The notes beneath the pieces are model-generated. The model was not told where the DNA came from and made no database searches. It saw only the letters and a program-made list of their open reading frames with translations. From positions 1-22,098 of the forward strand of contig CAZFGR010000026.1 of assembly GCA_964518475.1 (NCBI GenBank): a stretch of 22,098 nucleotides of DNA. Direction: 5' to 3'. Every line of letters begins with the position of its first letter. Positions within the stretch are counted from its first letter, which is position 1. Origin of the DNA: an uncultured Nitrososphaerota archaeon. Its GTDB lineage: Archaea; Asgardarchaeota; Njordarchaeia; Njordarchaeales; Njordarchaeaceae. This document shows positions 1-8,273 of the stretch, piece after piece. Made by a program: the position numbers and the translations under genes.

Positions 1-398
1 GCTTCAGATAGTGACTCGACGCCCTCCCGAGCCTGATACCGATCCCGTCCACGATCGCTAGGAGTTTTCCGCGATACCTCGTCCTTGCCAGTCTGTAGAA
101 GGTGAGCCTTATCAATAAATCTACTGTTGCCAGGAGAGTCTCCTTCCACCTACTCACCGAGGCCGGGCTCGGCACTCTTTCCAGACCAATCCTCGCGCAT
201 ACGTTGAGTCTTTTGAGATCGTCCAGTGCTCGTCTATAGCTCTGGTTGCTGAGGACTACCCCATGCCAGAACAGCTATTTTAGAGGCTGCGGCATATCTC
301 TTCGGCCCTCTTCTCTTTCTCTGCTTAGGCAGGCTTTTCCTAGCCAGTTTATAAATAGCCTTAACAATTATAAACTTGCCTAGCCAACATATCTTCAT
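1..398 (-). pseudogene. DDE transposase (IS5-like), N-terminal part, with one frameshift at a G4 run (259-262)
   Basis: Manual translation from ATG 398: MKICWLGKFIIVKAIYKLARKSLPKQRKRRGPKRYAAASKIAVLAW, then after skipping one base VVLSNQSYRRALDDLKRLNVCARIGLERVPSPASVSRWKE...LLAIVDGIGIRLGRASSHYLK. It shows RGP..Y, SYR, VP..S.SR and the first catalytic-Asp strand (AIVDG.G) typical of IS5/IS4-like transposases. Confidence 0.75.
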
Positions 399-399
399 C

Positions 400-463
400 G
401 GGGGCGCCTCTTTTCTGGTGTGGTCGCAAGTAATACGGCTATAATACCTATAAAGGCGCCCCC
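400..463. repeat. 10-bp perfect GC-rich inverted repeat upstream of the transposase start
   Basis: GGGGGCGCCT (400-409) pairs with AGGCGCCCCC (454-463), 44-nt loop. Confidence 0.85.
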
Positions 464-550
464 CACCACAAAGCCGCTAAGAAGCCATTAACCGGCAAGA
501 ACTAGGCTGAGAAAAGAGATAAATTTGAAACAAAGCCTCTGAATAAAATT

Positions 551-558
551 TTTATAAA
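551..558 (+). promoter_or_regulatory. Putative archaeal TATA box for a leaderless transcript
   Basis: TTTATAAA preceded by purine-rich BRE-like GAATAAAA, ending 24 nt before ATG 583. Confidence 0.45.
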
Positions 559-582
559 ATGAATTATGAATGCGGGAACTTT

Positions 583-1977
583 ATGCCCCATCGATTCTTT
601 GCTACTATGCTGATTCTGCTGATATTAGCGGGATCCGTGGGGTCTCTGACTCTTAATGCTCTGCATGACAAGGTTGATTTGGTCATTACTTATGTTGATC
701 ATAATGGTCAAGCTTTAACTAACTTCTTCGTCTTAATCACCCTTCCAACTCCTCCCAGCGAAGGACGCTCGACAATTATTGCCAATCTCTCGACTCCCAA
801 CAACATTATAAGGATAAGAATAGATAAAGCTAAGGTGCTCTCTCGTTGGAGATTATATCTATCCCGAAGACCTGAGAGGGCAGAGTATCGAATTCCACTG
901 ATGATAGATGCTGTGTGGGTAAATGACAGTACCATAGTGGCTAGTATTGGTAATACGGTTTTAATAGACCCCTTATCACGAGGGTACATCTATAAGAAGG
1001 TAGTGATCACACCGACTTGGATAGGGAATAAGTCAAATAATCTAGCTACTAAGGATGTCGGCGATAGCCGGATAAGAGTTGTGGACTATGGAAATCCCAT
1101 AGTAGCTGTAAGAACAGATTATAAAGAATACGGGAATGTTATGCTTCCCATCCTCTCTGCTACGGTAGACGAGAACTCTGTAAGTGATGATACAAGCGAT
1201 TATGATACCCTATTTAGTCTGCTTAACGTTCACTTTGATGTTCTTTATGAGGGGGGTTGGGAACTTGCATATAGTATTGACCATCCAAGCTCTATTGAGT
1301 TCCATATAGGCGGCATAACAGTTCAGAAAAAATTTAGTGATATCGAATCTCATAATCTGTATACTTATGATAAGTATGATCCCAAGAATTATGCTAAGAC
1401 TTTCTATGTTAGTGTTATCATTGTCTATGAAGAGTGGGAGTACTGGGAGTATAACTACTATACTGCTCGATATCTATATACGGTGGAGAAAGTCTACGTA
1501 AAAGACTTCACGAACACGGAAATAATAGTGAAAGGAAATGACTTTGTTTTACCAGAAAATGCTGAGAAAACTCTTTTTAAGCAGTACTCGGGTACGGGTC
1601 AATATAATAATCCAGATCAAATCGGGTTCTCTCCGAATGAATTTGATGCATTATCTGTTGGTACTTACATTTATAGTTTAGAGAAGAATGATCCCTCTTT
1701 TGCTATACCAATAGGGCTTCTTTTAGATCTTCCTATTCTAGATTCATTCATTATTACATATAGATCAATTAATGGTCAAGAATACGACTTTGAAGTAAAG
1801 CTTGATGCTGAGAGCGGAACATCAATATCCGTCTACATTTGTACTACCGTAGATGAGTGGTATATAGATCGGTACAAGGGGTTCTACAAGATACCACTCA
1901 CAAGCATTATTATTGACGAGATTTTAAGTCAGGGAGGCATTGGGGGTGGCGGACCTTGGATACCTGAACAACATTGA
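583..1977 (+). CDS. Hypothetical secreted/cell-surface protein (Tyr-rich, beta-rich)
   Basis: Long ORF (track start 559; ATG 583 preferred). N-terminal signal-peptide-like segment MPHRFFATMLILLILAGSVGSLTLNA; Y/T/D/N-rich body; C-terminal GGIGGGGPWIP. No family recognised. Confidence 0.75.
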   Translation: MPHRFFATMLILLILAGSVGSLTLNALHDKVDLVITYVDHNGQALTNFFVLITLPTPPSEGRSTIIANLSTPNNIIRIRIDKAKVLSRWRLYLSRRPERAEYRIPLMIDAVWVNDSTIVASIGNTVLIDPLSRGYIYKKVVITPTWIGNKSNNLATKDVGDSRIRVVDYGNPIVAVRTDYKEYGNVMLPILSATVDENSVSDDTSDYDTLFSLLNVHFDVLYEGGWELAYSIDHPSSIEFHIGGITVQKKFSDIESHNLYTYDKYDPKNYAKTFYVSVIIVYEEWEYWEYNYYTARYLYTVEKVYVKDFTNTEIIVKGNDFVLPENAEKTLFKQYSGTGQYNNPDQIGFSPNEFDALSVGTYIYSLEKNDPSFAIPIGLLLDLPILDSFIITYRSINGQEYDFEVKLDAESGTSISVYICTTVDEWYIDRYKGFYKIPLTSIIIDEILSQGGIGGGGPWIPEQH

Positions 1978-2187
1978 CTCTTGCTCTCAGTGCTTCGAGA
2001 ATATAATAAGATGATAGATAAATAAATTCAAATAAATCATTATTTTTAATTGAATCGTTATTTATAAATTGGCATTTAGAGAAATAACGGGGTTTTGGAT
2101 TTTTATAGCATAAGATTTTCCTACTTATTTCTAAGCACGCTCCAACCGCCTAGAAATTTTTAATATACTGCTACCGCTGTGATCGCT

Positions 2188-2772
2188 ATGAAAAATGGAG
2201 CAACGCCCATAATACCCTCAAATACGAAACTATTGGTTACTTCAAACAGATATTACGAATTGGACGCTGCTAGTGAAGTGTGGCACATTTTAAAGGCTAC
2301 TAACATTGCGGACGACGCAGAAGTTACTTTTATCCGTAAAGGTAAGTGGTGGTTAAGGGGGGTAATTGCTTTTTCGTTTGAGCTCAATGGGATAACGATT
2401 CTTGATGCAATGGAGCGAATAAGAGCTTATCTATTAAGAAGACCTTGGATAATGGAGTTTTCTCAGAGAATTATTCCAGTAGAACTTGTTTCAACAGATT
2501 TTAGCGAAATAAAATCATTCGTAACTAGTGTTGCTAATAAGCGTATAAGGAGTAATGAAAAATGGGCAATCAAAATCTCTAAACGCGATAGCAAGATTAA
2601 AAGACAAAAAATTATAGAGGAGATAGCCAGCCAAATTAATGTTGGGAAAGTTGACTTGGAGAACCCCGATTGGATAATTAATATAGAGGTTATAAGGAAT
2701 ACGTATGCTGGCTCGGTCATTCGGTCTCATCACTTAATAAGAAAAAAAGAAATAGTAAGAGCTGATTGTTGA
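2188..2772 (+). CDS. Stand-alone THUMP-domain RNA-binding protein (Tan1-like)
   Basis: LLVTS.R..E..A..E N-terminus, RIIPVE, WAIKISKR and KVDLENPDWIINIEVI THUMP signature. ATG 2188 preferred over GTG 2179. Confidence 0.9.
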   Translation: MKNGATPIIPSNTKLLVTSNRYYELDAASEVWHILKATNIADDAEVTFIRKGKWWLRGVIAFSFELNGITILDAMERIRAYLLRRPWIMEFSQRIIPVELVSTDFSEIKSFVTSVANKRIRSNEKWAIKISKRDSKIKRQKIIEEIASQINVGKVDLENPDWIINIEVIRNTYAGSVIRSHHLIRKKEIVRADC

Positions 2773-2863
2773 CTAGGAAATGCGAAACAATTTAAAATAA
2801 CCCATATAAGGAGTCATAAAATAAAATTAATAGGAATACCCAACTTGATTGAGAAAGAACAAT

Positions 2864-2946
2864 GCCGGGGTTGCCGAGCTGGTACGGCGCCAGGCTCGAG
2901 ACCTGGTGGCGATTACGCCTCGCGGGTTCGAGTCCCGCCCCCGGCA
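2864..2946 (+). tRNA. tRNA-Ser (anticodon CGA), intronless, CCA not encoded
   Basis: Acceptor stem GCCGGGG/CCCCGGC; anticodon arm CCAGG-CTCGAGA-CCTGG (CGA at 2897-2899); long variable arm GGCG-ATTA-CGCC; T arm GCGGG-TTCGAGT-CCCGC. Confidence 0.96.
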
Positions 2947-3055
2947 CTAAACACCTATACTCGGCAAAAAAGGTTTGGTTCTACAGGATATAGGAGTTAA
3001 TCACATAAGGGAGAGGTATTCTAAGGTAAAGAACATTTATTGAAGGCTATCTGGT

Positions 3056-3715
3056 ATGTCGTCCACATCTACAAAACTTCTAAATTCTCTCAGAGATCTG
3101 GAAAAGCTAGCAATTAGAGTGTTGCGGGCTAATGACCGTCAGTTCTTAATCCTTTTGGAAAACGCTATGCGTATTCTAGAAGAATTATCAAGAATTTTGA
3201 ACGATTACACTAAGAGATTTAGATTAAGCGAATTATCAGCGATAAGAAAACGAATTTGTTTTATAATGAGAAAATTATTATCTAGGAATGTCCAGTTTTC
3301 ACGCGAAGACGTAATAATGAAATTTTTACACGCAGCGAAATGTACTTACCAAGTTGGTTGTGTGGAACAAGCATTGCGGATTTTTGAGAAAATTCTAGAT
3401 ATAGTCTATAAAAATACCGTCTCCTTTGAAATTCTTGCCGAGTTTGTGGATAAAGCCTTTGAATGTGGCTTATTAGATATGGTGATAGAGGTTCTCAGAA
3501 AAATTCGAGAATATGGTTACGAGTCTTTCGAGATCACGTATAACCTTGCACTTGCTTATTATCTAGCTGGAGAAACTATAAAAGCGGAAAAAATTCTTAA
3601 AGAGAGTGAGAGAAAATATGGCGAAAAGAGGCAGACTCTTGGATTGCTTTCTGCAATATACATTGCTATGGGGGAGTTCGAAAAAGCAAGTAAAATATTA
3701 GAAACGTTAAGATAA
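3056..3715 (+). CDS. TPR-repeat protein
   Basis: All-helical protein with TPR-like units: YQVGCVEQALRIFEK, YNLALAYYLAGETIKAEKIL, LLSAIYIAMGEFEKASKIL. Confidence 0.8.
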   Translation: MSSTSTKLLNSLRDLEKLAIRVLRANDRQFLILLENAMRILEELSRILNDYTKRFRLSELSAIRKRICFIMRKLLSRNVQFSREDVIMKFLHAAKCTYQVGCVEQALRIFEKILDIVYKNTVSFEILAEFVDKAFECGLLDMVIEVLRKIREYGYESFEITYNLALAYYLAGETIKAEKILKESERKYGEKRQTLGLLSAIYIAMGEFEKASKILETLR

Positions 3716-3754
3716 ACGTTAAGATAGAAATAAAAAAAAGATAGAACGTTAAGA
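3702..3754. repeat. Short tandem/dispersed repeat between convergent genes
   Basis: AAACGTTAAGAT x2 (3702-3713, 3714-3725) plus a third AACGTTAAGA (3745-3754), with an A8 tract between (T8 on the minus strand, terminator-like). Confidence 0.75.
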
Positions 3755-3756
3755 GT

Positions 3757-5739
3757 TCAGAATAGATGATCTATAATAAAATCTACATACCGCTCTATTT
3801 CTGTTCGCGAAAGTTTTCTACCAAACCTATTTTCGAGGAAGCTTTCTAGTGTTAAAACAAGTTGGGATCCTCTTTCCTGAGCTAGACCCAGTATTTTAAG
3901 GGAATCTATGACGCCCGAATCATATTTAGCTAATAGGAGCGATAATGGAATCGCTTTTAACCTTAGAAGTTCAGATAGCAATTGCAGGCTTGCAATACCT
4001 AATTCTCGGAGTTCTTCAATAATAGAGTACAGTATATCTTTTTCATAGCTAATTCTAGCTTTAGTCTCGGGGATTTTATGAGTTTTTTTCCTTTCAATTA
4101 CCCCTTCTTCTTTCTCCATCGATATTCTTTCAGGTAATTTATGTTCGGGAGGTTTGACAATTTTTTTCTTTTCTTTTTTCGGCGGTTTAATAGAGGGTTT
4201 TGGAGGAGAAATCTCTTCCTTTACTGAAGGAACTGGAGGCAGTTGAGGAGGCTCTACTTTGGCTGGTTGACGTAGAATAGATCTAGTTTTATTAGCTATC
4301 TCCTTTATCCTCTCTTCTATAAATTTTGATAAATGAGGAGAACTTTTGAGATCTGACGACATTTTAGGTCTTATGCTGATAAAAACCGGAAACGTCAATG
4401 AAGGAGCTTTTAAATAACCGTTTCCAGGAGCAAGAGTTGTGAAAACATCAACTAACTTAGAGTCTATGCCGAATATTCTAGATAATTCAATGGCATCTTC
4501 TCTCTGAAGTTTAAGAGCCAGGAGAGAATTGCAATTCATTATGACTTCTTTACTTAAGTCTCGTGGACTTTGCGTAGCAAGGACTAGCCAGACACCATAT
4601 TTTCGCCCCTCTCTAGCTATACGGGAAATGACTTCACGGACTGGATCAATTCTTCCTTTTCTGGGTGCAAAGAAATGTGCTTCATCAAGAATTATGATAA
4701 TTTTGAAATTGTATCTCCGTTTTTTAGTTTCTTCAAAAATATTTTTCAAAACATCAGCGACAAAAAACCTTATACCAAAGTCACCAAGTGGCGTATTAGC
4801 TAATCGGAATATTGTTATGAAGCCTGGTTTTAAGACCTTTTGAGGCGTTATATATTCGTCGGAAAACAGACCACTCTCCATAAGGGCTCTGATACGAGTT
4901 ATTAAGGCCTGTTTTGTGGATGGGTGTAAATCGCTGGCTTCAACTTCATTTAACAAATCTTCCAATTTAATCTGGCTTCTTTCACCCATTAATTCTTTCA
5001 GAATTAATGCGTATTTTTGCTCCTTAACACCGTAAATGAATAAAAGCCTATCTGGTGTGAAGAAAGGGCTAAGGTGTGGGGGGTTATAATCCCAATCAAA
5101 CACGAGTAGCCTATCCTCAAAACCCCTTGGGGTTAAATTAAATTCAGAAAGTTTGTCGATTTGGTCTTTATTATCGTTAGGAAATACTAAGCAACCATAT
5201 TCATTATGCAAATCGAAAACAACAATCACAGTATTTTCCTTCTTTTTCTCCATTATTCGTAGTAGTTCTTCGATAATAACAGCTATGGTATAAGATTTTC
5301 CACCACCAGTAGTAGCTGTTATAAGAAAATGCCTAGCTAAGTCATCTATATTATAATATATAGGAACAAACTCTGGATGTGTTAGAATTTTTCCTAATAG
5401 TAGTCCCTTATCTGGAGGTGTGCGAGAAATCATCTTACTTAGTAAATCAGATGGTGGAATATAGACGATGGACCCAGATGCGATTGGTCTTTTACAACTT
5501 GTCAGCTTAGAATCCCTTATTTCACCTAGAATATTACAATAAGCAATAGCGATTTGACCAGTTCGAATTATATCCACAATTTGAGCGAGAACAACCTTTT
5601 TCTTGTTTTGCTTGTCAATAGCGATAACGTACTGACCTTTTATTGTTTTTTCTACATCGTCTATTTTAAAAGAGAATTCTGAAGTAGTAACTTTACCAGT
5701 TACAATTCCTATACGTGTACGTGTTATACTTTCTGACAA
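3757..5739 (-). CDS. HerA/FtsK-superfamily ATPase (HAS barrel + DUF87-type ATPase) with Pro/Lys-rich linker and C-terminal winged-helix-like domain
   Basis: HAS-barrel start IGIVTGKVTTSEFSF; RHFLITATTGGGKS (Walker A); FDLHNEY; IIILDEAH (Walker B); IAREGRKYG; ATQSP. TTG start with a GGTGA SD. Confidence 0.9.
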   Translation of the reverse strand: MSESITRTRIGIVTGKVTTSEFSFKIDDVEKTIKGQYVIAIDKQNKKKVVLAQIVDIIRTGQIAIAYCNILGEIRDSKLTSCKRPIASGSIVYIPPSDLLSKMISRTPPDKGLLLGKILTHPEFVPIYYNIDDLARHFLITATTGGGKSYTIAVIIEELLRIMEKKKENTVIVVFDLHNEYGCLVFPNDNKDQIDKLSEFNLTPRGFEDRLLVFDWDYNPPHLSPFFTPDRLLFIYGVKEQKYALILKELMGERSQIKLEDLLNEVEASDLHPSTKQALITRIRALMESGLFSDEYITPQKVLKPGFITIFRLANTPLGDFGIRFFVADVLKNIFEETKKRRYNFKIIIILDEAHFFAPRKGRIDPVREVISRIAREGRKYGVWLVLATQSPRDLSKEVIMNCNSLLALKLQREDAIELSRIFGIDSKLVDVFTTLAPGNGYLKAPSLTFPVFISIRPKMSSDLKSSPHLSKFIEERIKEIANKTRSILRQPAKVEPPQLPPVPSVKEEISPPKPSIKPPKKEKKKIVKPPEHKLPERISMEKEEGVIERKKTHKIPETKARISYEKDILYSIIEELRELGIASLQLLSELLRLKAIPLSLLLAKYDSGVIDSLKILGLAQERGSQLVLTLESFLENRFGRKLSRTEIERYVDFIIDHLF

Positions 5740-5762
5740 TCAAAGTCACCGGAGGAGTGGTT

Positions 5763-6305
5763 ATGATTCTTATCTGTGGAACTCCTGGTACTGGAAAGAC
5801 CACCATTGCTAATGAACTTAAGAAATATGGATTTAAGGTTATTCACTTAGGCGATTTCGTTATAAAAGAAAAACTGTATATGGGATATGACAAGAAACGA
5901 AAAACATACATCATTGATCCTGAGAAAGTGGTTGAGAAATTAAGAAATATGCAAAAAAATAGCAAAGAGCCTCTTATAGTCGAAGGTGTAGGGGCGGAGA
6001 TCGTTCCCAAAGAGCTTGTAGAGGTGTGTTTTGTTCTTATATGTGAGCCAAAAGAACTTAGAAAGCGATTAGAAGCTAAGGGATACCCACCAGAGAAAAT
6101 CGAGGAAAATTTAGAAGCAGAACGCATGAGTATTATACTGGGGGAGGCATTAGATAACTATGGAGAAAAAACAGTGGTCATAGATACTACAAATACGTCG
6201 GTTGAGGAAGTTGTGAAAAAAATCCTAGAGGAACTAAAGAGAAGGAATATAGCTTTTCCAAGTAATGAGAGGGGCTATAATAATGAAGGAGAGAGTAAAA
6301 ATTAG
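5763..6305 (+). CDS. Adenylate kinase, AK6/Fap7/hCINAP family
   Basis: MILICGTPGTGKTT P-loop; L.KRL..KGY...KI.EN.EAE lid signature; IDTTN. ATG 5763 with GGAGG SD (track start 5715 would overlap the HerA gene). Confidence 0.9.
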   Translation: MILICGTPGTGKTTIANELKKYGFKVIHLGDFVIKEKLYMGYDKKRKTYIIDPEKVVEKLRNMQKNSKEPLIVEGVGAEIVPKELVEVCFVLICEPKELRKRLEAKGYPPEKIEENLEAERMSIILGEALDNYGEKTVVIDTTNTSVEEVVKKILEELKRRNIAFPSNERGYNNEGESKN

Positions 6306-7248
6306 CGAATTAGGAGAACGCTACTTATTACGCGCTATAATTTTTCCCAATCTCACAATTAGTCGGGAATTCTTAGATGAAGACGCTGTTATCATCGAGG
6401 ATAACAGAAAATTTATCGTTATAAATGCTGATACTTTCGTACGTTCCACAGATGCGCCACCGGGAATGAGTTTTAGGGATATGGGTTATAAAACTGTTGC
6501 AATGAGCGTTAGTGATGTAATAGCTAAGGGAGCTAAGCCACTAGGATTTTTACTAACGATTTCGGTGCCGCAGGAGACTTATCTGGAGGATTTTGAAGAA
6601 TTGATTAAAGGGGTTAGGGAAGCATGCGATGAGCTGGGAATTAAATACTTAGGAGGAGATCTGGGGGGTAGCGATGATCTCGTCTTGACAGGAATCTGTG
6701 TAGGGACAACAAGACGAGTAGTCTTGCGGGGAGGTGCAAGACCTGGTGATTATGTCTGGGTGACTGGTGAATTTGGATATACGGGAGTAGCGTTGCATTA
6801 CCTTCTTCATAAAGGCCGAGAAGTAGAGGGAATTGAAGAAGCGATCCAATTTTTTAAGAGACCTAGAATAAAGGTACGTGTAAATGAGATTCTCCGAGAA
6901 ATAGCGACGGCTGCTATGGATAGTAGTGATGGGTTAGCTATTACACTAGATTCCATTGCAAGAGCTAGTCATGTAAGTATAATTCTAGAGAGATTACCAA
7001 TAGCGAAAATAGCAATAGATTATGCTAAAGCAAATGAATTGAATCCAGAAGAATTGGCCTTATATGCTGGAGAGGAATTCGAGATTGTTTTTACAACTAG
7101 TGCTGATCTTCCGCCTCAAGAAGTTGTAGAGATCTTCAAGCAAAAAGGGTTAAACGAGCCATTGCTTATTGGTAAGGTACATGAGGGAGAAGGAATTTTC
7201 TACAAAGGAGCGAGAATAAAGATTGCTGGATGGGAACACTTTAGGTGA
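6283..7248 (+). CDS. thiL: Thiamine-monophosphate kinase
   Basis: ELGE, SVSDVIAKGAKP, GGD, RGGARPGD.V.VTG..G, MDSSDGL, GEEFE, GWEHF. Confidence 0.95.
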   Translation: MKERVKISELGERYLLRAIIFPNLTISREFLDEDAVIIEDNRKFIVINADTFVRSTDAPPGMSFRDMGYKTVAMSVSDVIAKGAKPLGFLLTISVPQETYLEDFEELIKGVREACDELGIKYLGGDLGGSDDLVLTGICVGTTRRVVLRGGARPGDYVWVTGEFGYTGVALHYLLHKGREVEGIEEAIQFFKRPRIKVRVNEILREIATAAMDSSDGLAITLDSIARASHVSIILERLPIAKIAIDYAKANELNPEELALYAGEEFEIVFTTSADLPPQEVVEIFKQKGLNEPLLIGKVHEGEGIFYKGARIKIAGWEHFR

Positions 7249-7254
7249 CTTATA

Positions 7255-7743
7255 ATGCAGGATGACAAAAAACATCAAAAAGATCGTTTATCTGGAAAGC
7301 GATTACTATTAATAGATTCTTCTTTCCTAATGTTGCCAGTGAGTGGAAGACGAAAGAAAATACTCAATATCGAAGACGCGCTTTTTAAACTCTCAGAGGG
7401 ACGGGTTTTAGCGGTTCTCTCAAGTACTGTCCGAGAATTAGAATTTCTGAAAAACAATGCGAAAGGGAAAAAAAGACTTGCAGCAGATTTTGCTCTGGAG
7501 CTTATAAAACGGGCAAAATTTCCGATAATAGAAGTAGATAAGGAGATAGAAGAAGAAGTTATGAGACTTAAGGAAAAGCTACGAAATTGGGAAGTACATG
7601 ATGAAATCTTAGCTAGAATGGCTAAGAAGTTAAAGGCAGCGGTGGCTACTACAGACCTTGAGCTTATGCATAAGTTACGCGACATGGGTGTACCAGTATA
7701 TTATTTGCGAGGAAAGAAATGGATTTATGTTTCTGGAGAATAA
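7255..7743 (+). CDS. PIN-domain ribonuclease, Fcf1/Utp24-like
   Basis: LLIDSSFLM, V.EL..L, HDE.L..A, VATTD..L...L...GVPVYYLRG. Confidence 0.85.
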   Translation: MQDDKKHQKDRLSGKRLLLIDSSFLMLPVSGRRKKILNIEDALFKLSEGRVLAVLSSTVRELEFLKNNAKGKKRLAADFALELIKRAKFPIIEVDKEIEEEVMRLKEKLRNWEVHDEILARMAKKLKAAVATTDLELMHKLRDMGVPVYYLRGKKWIYVSGE

Positions 7744-8195
7744 GCTGGCTCGGCTTTATCGTGTTGAGCGTTGTTATTGCTATTATTCGATAGTGAGCCG
7801 CTAGAGGACTGATCAAGTCTTATAATGGACGTGTTTCTGGGAGTGAGGATCAGATAATCATGACCCAAGAATAAGCAGTCTCCGTTTATCTCTTTTATAA
7901 AAGAGATGAGTTTACTTAATAGTTCTTTAGCGTATTCGCTATCCTGATACATCAGTCTCTTTATGCTGACAATCACTGGTGAGTTCTTCTTCAATAATTG
8001 AACAATATTATACACATCTGTTAGTGAAGATAATCTAACAGCGTATAATAATTTCCTAGTAATATCAGTTACTTGGGGGCTTCCTTTATCGCTTTTTTCT
8101 TGATTGAATTGTAAGTTAGTAGATGAAACTCTGCTTTTTTTTCTCGATGAATTATTCTTTCCAATGATGTTTCTGAAAAAATTCACGGCATTCAC
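7725..8195 (-). CDS. sepF: SepF/SepF-like protein
   Basis: Low-complexity N-terminus with an amphipathic start, then L.SL.D...I...L....VIV.I..L and INGD...LG...LILTP core. Overlaps the PIN gene 3' end by 19 bp. Confidence 0.8.
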   Translation of the reverse strand: MNAVNFFRNIIGKNNSSRKKSRVSSTNLQFNQEKSDKGSPQVTDITRKLLYAVRLSSLTDVYNIVQLLKKNSPVIVSIKRLMYQDSEYAKELLSKLISFIKEINGDCLFLGHDYLILTPRNTSIIRLDQSSSGSLSNNSNNNAQHDKAEPAYSPET

Positions 8196-8273
8196 GCGAG
8201 TTACAATTAATTCTTGTGTGTTAGAAATCGACTTTCGAGATTATAAAAGCGAGTAAATTATGTGTGAAATACT

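Larger units (their letters stand above)
1..537 (-). mobile_element. IS5-family insertion sequence, left part (runs off window start)
   Basis: Transposase reading frame at 398->1. The minus strand from 537 reads GGCTTTGTTTCAAATTTATC, resembling GGCTTTG-initiated IS903/IS5-type terminal repeats. The region is more GC-rich than its flanks. An alternative end (GGCTTTGTGG) lies at 475. Confidence 0.7.

Noticed and set aside
2864-2946. tRNA as an integration site for an island
   Set aside because: I saw no duplicated tRNA 3' end and no integrase in the window.
3056-5739. TPR + HerA as an anti-phage defence system or herA-nurA repair operon
   Set aside because: The genes are convergent rather than operonic; no Sir2, NurA, Mre11 or Rad50 partner; housekeeping context.
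5715-5762. ORF-track N-terminal extension of the adenylate kinase
   Set aside because: Overlaps the HerA-like start; the family N-terminus and the SD support ATG 5763.
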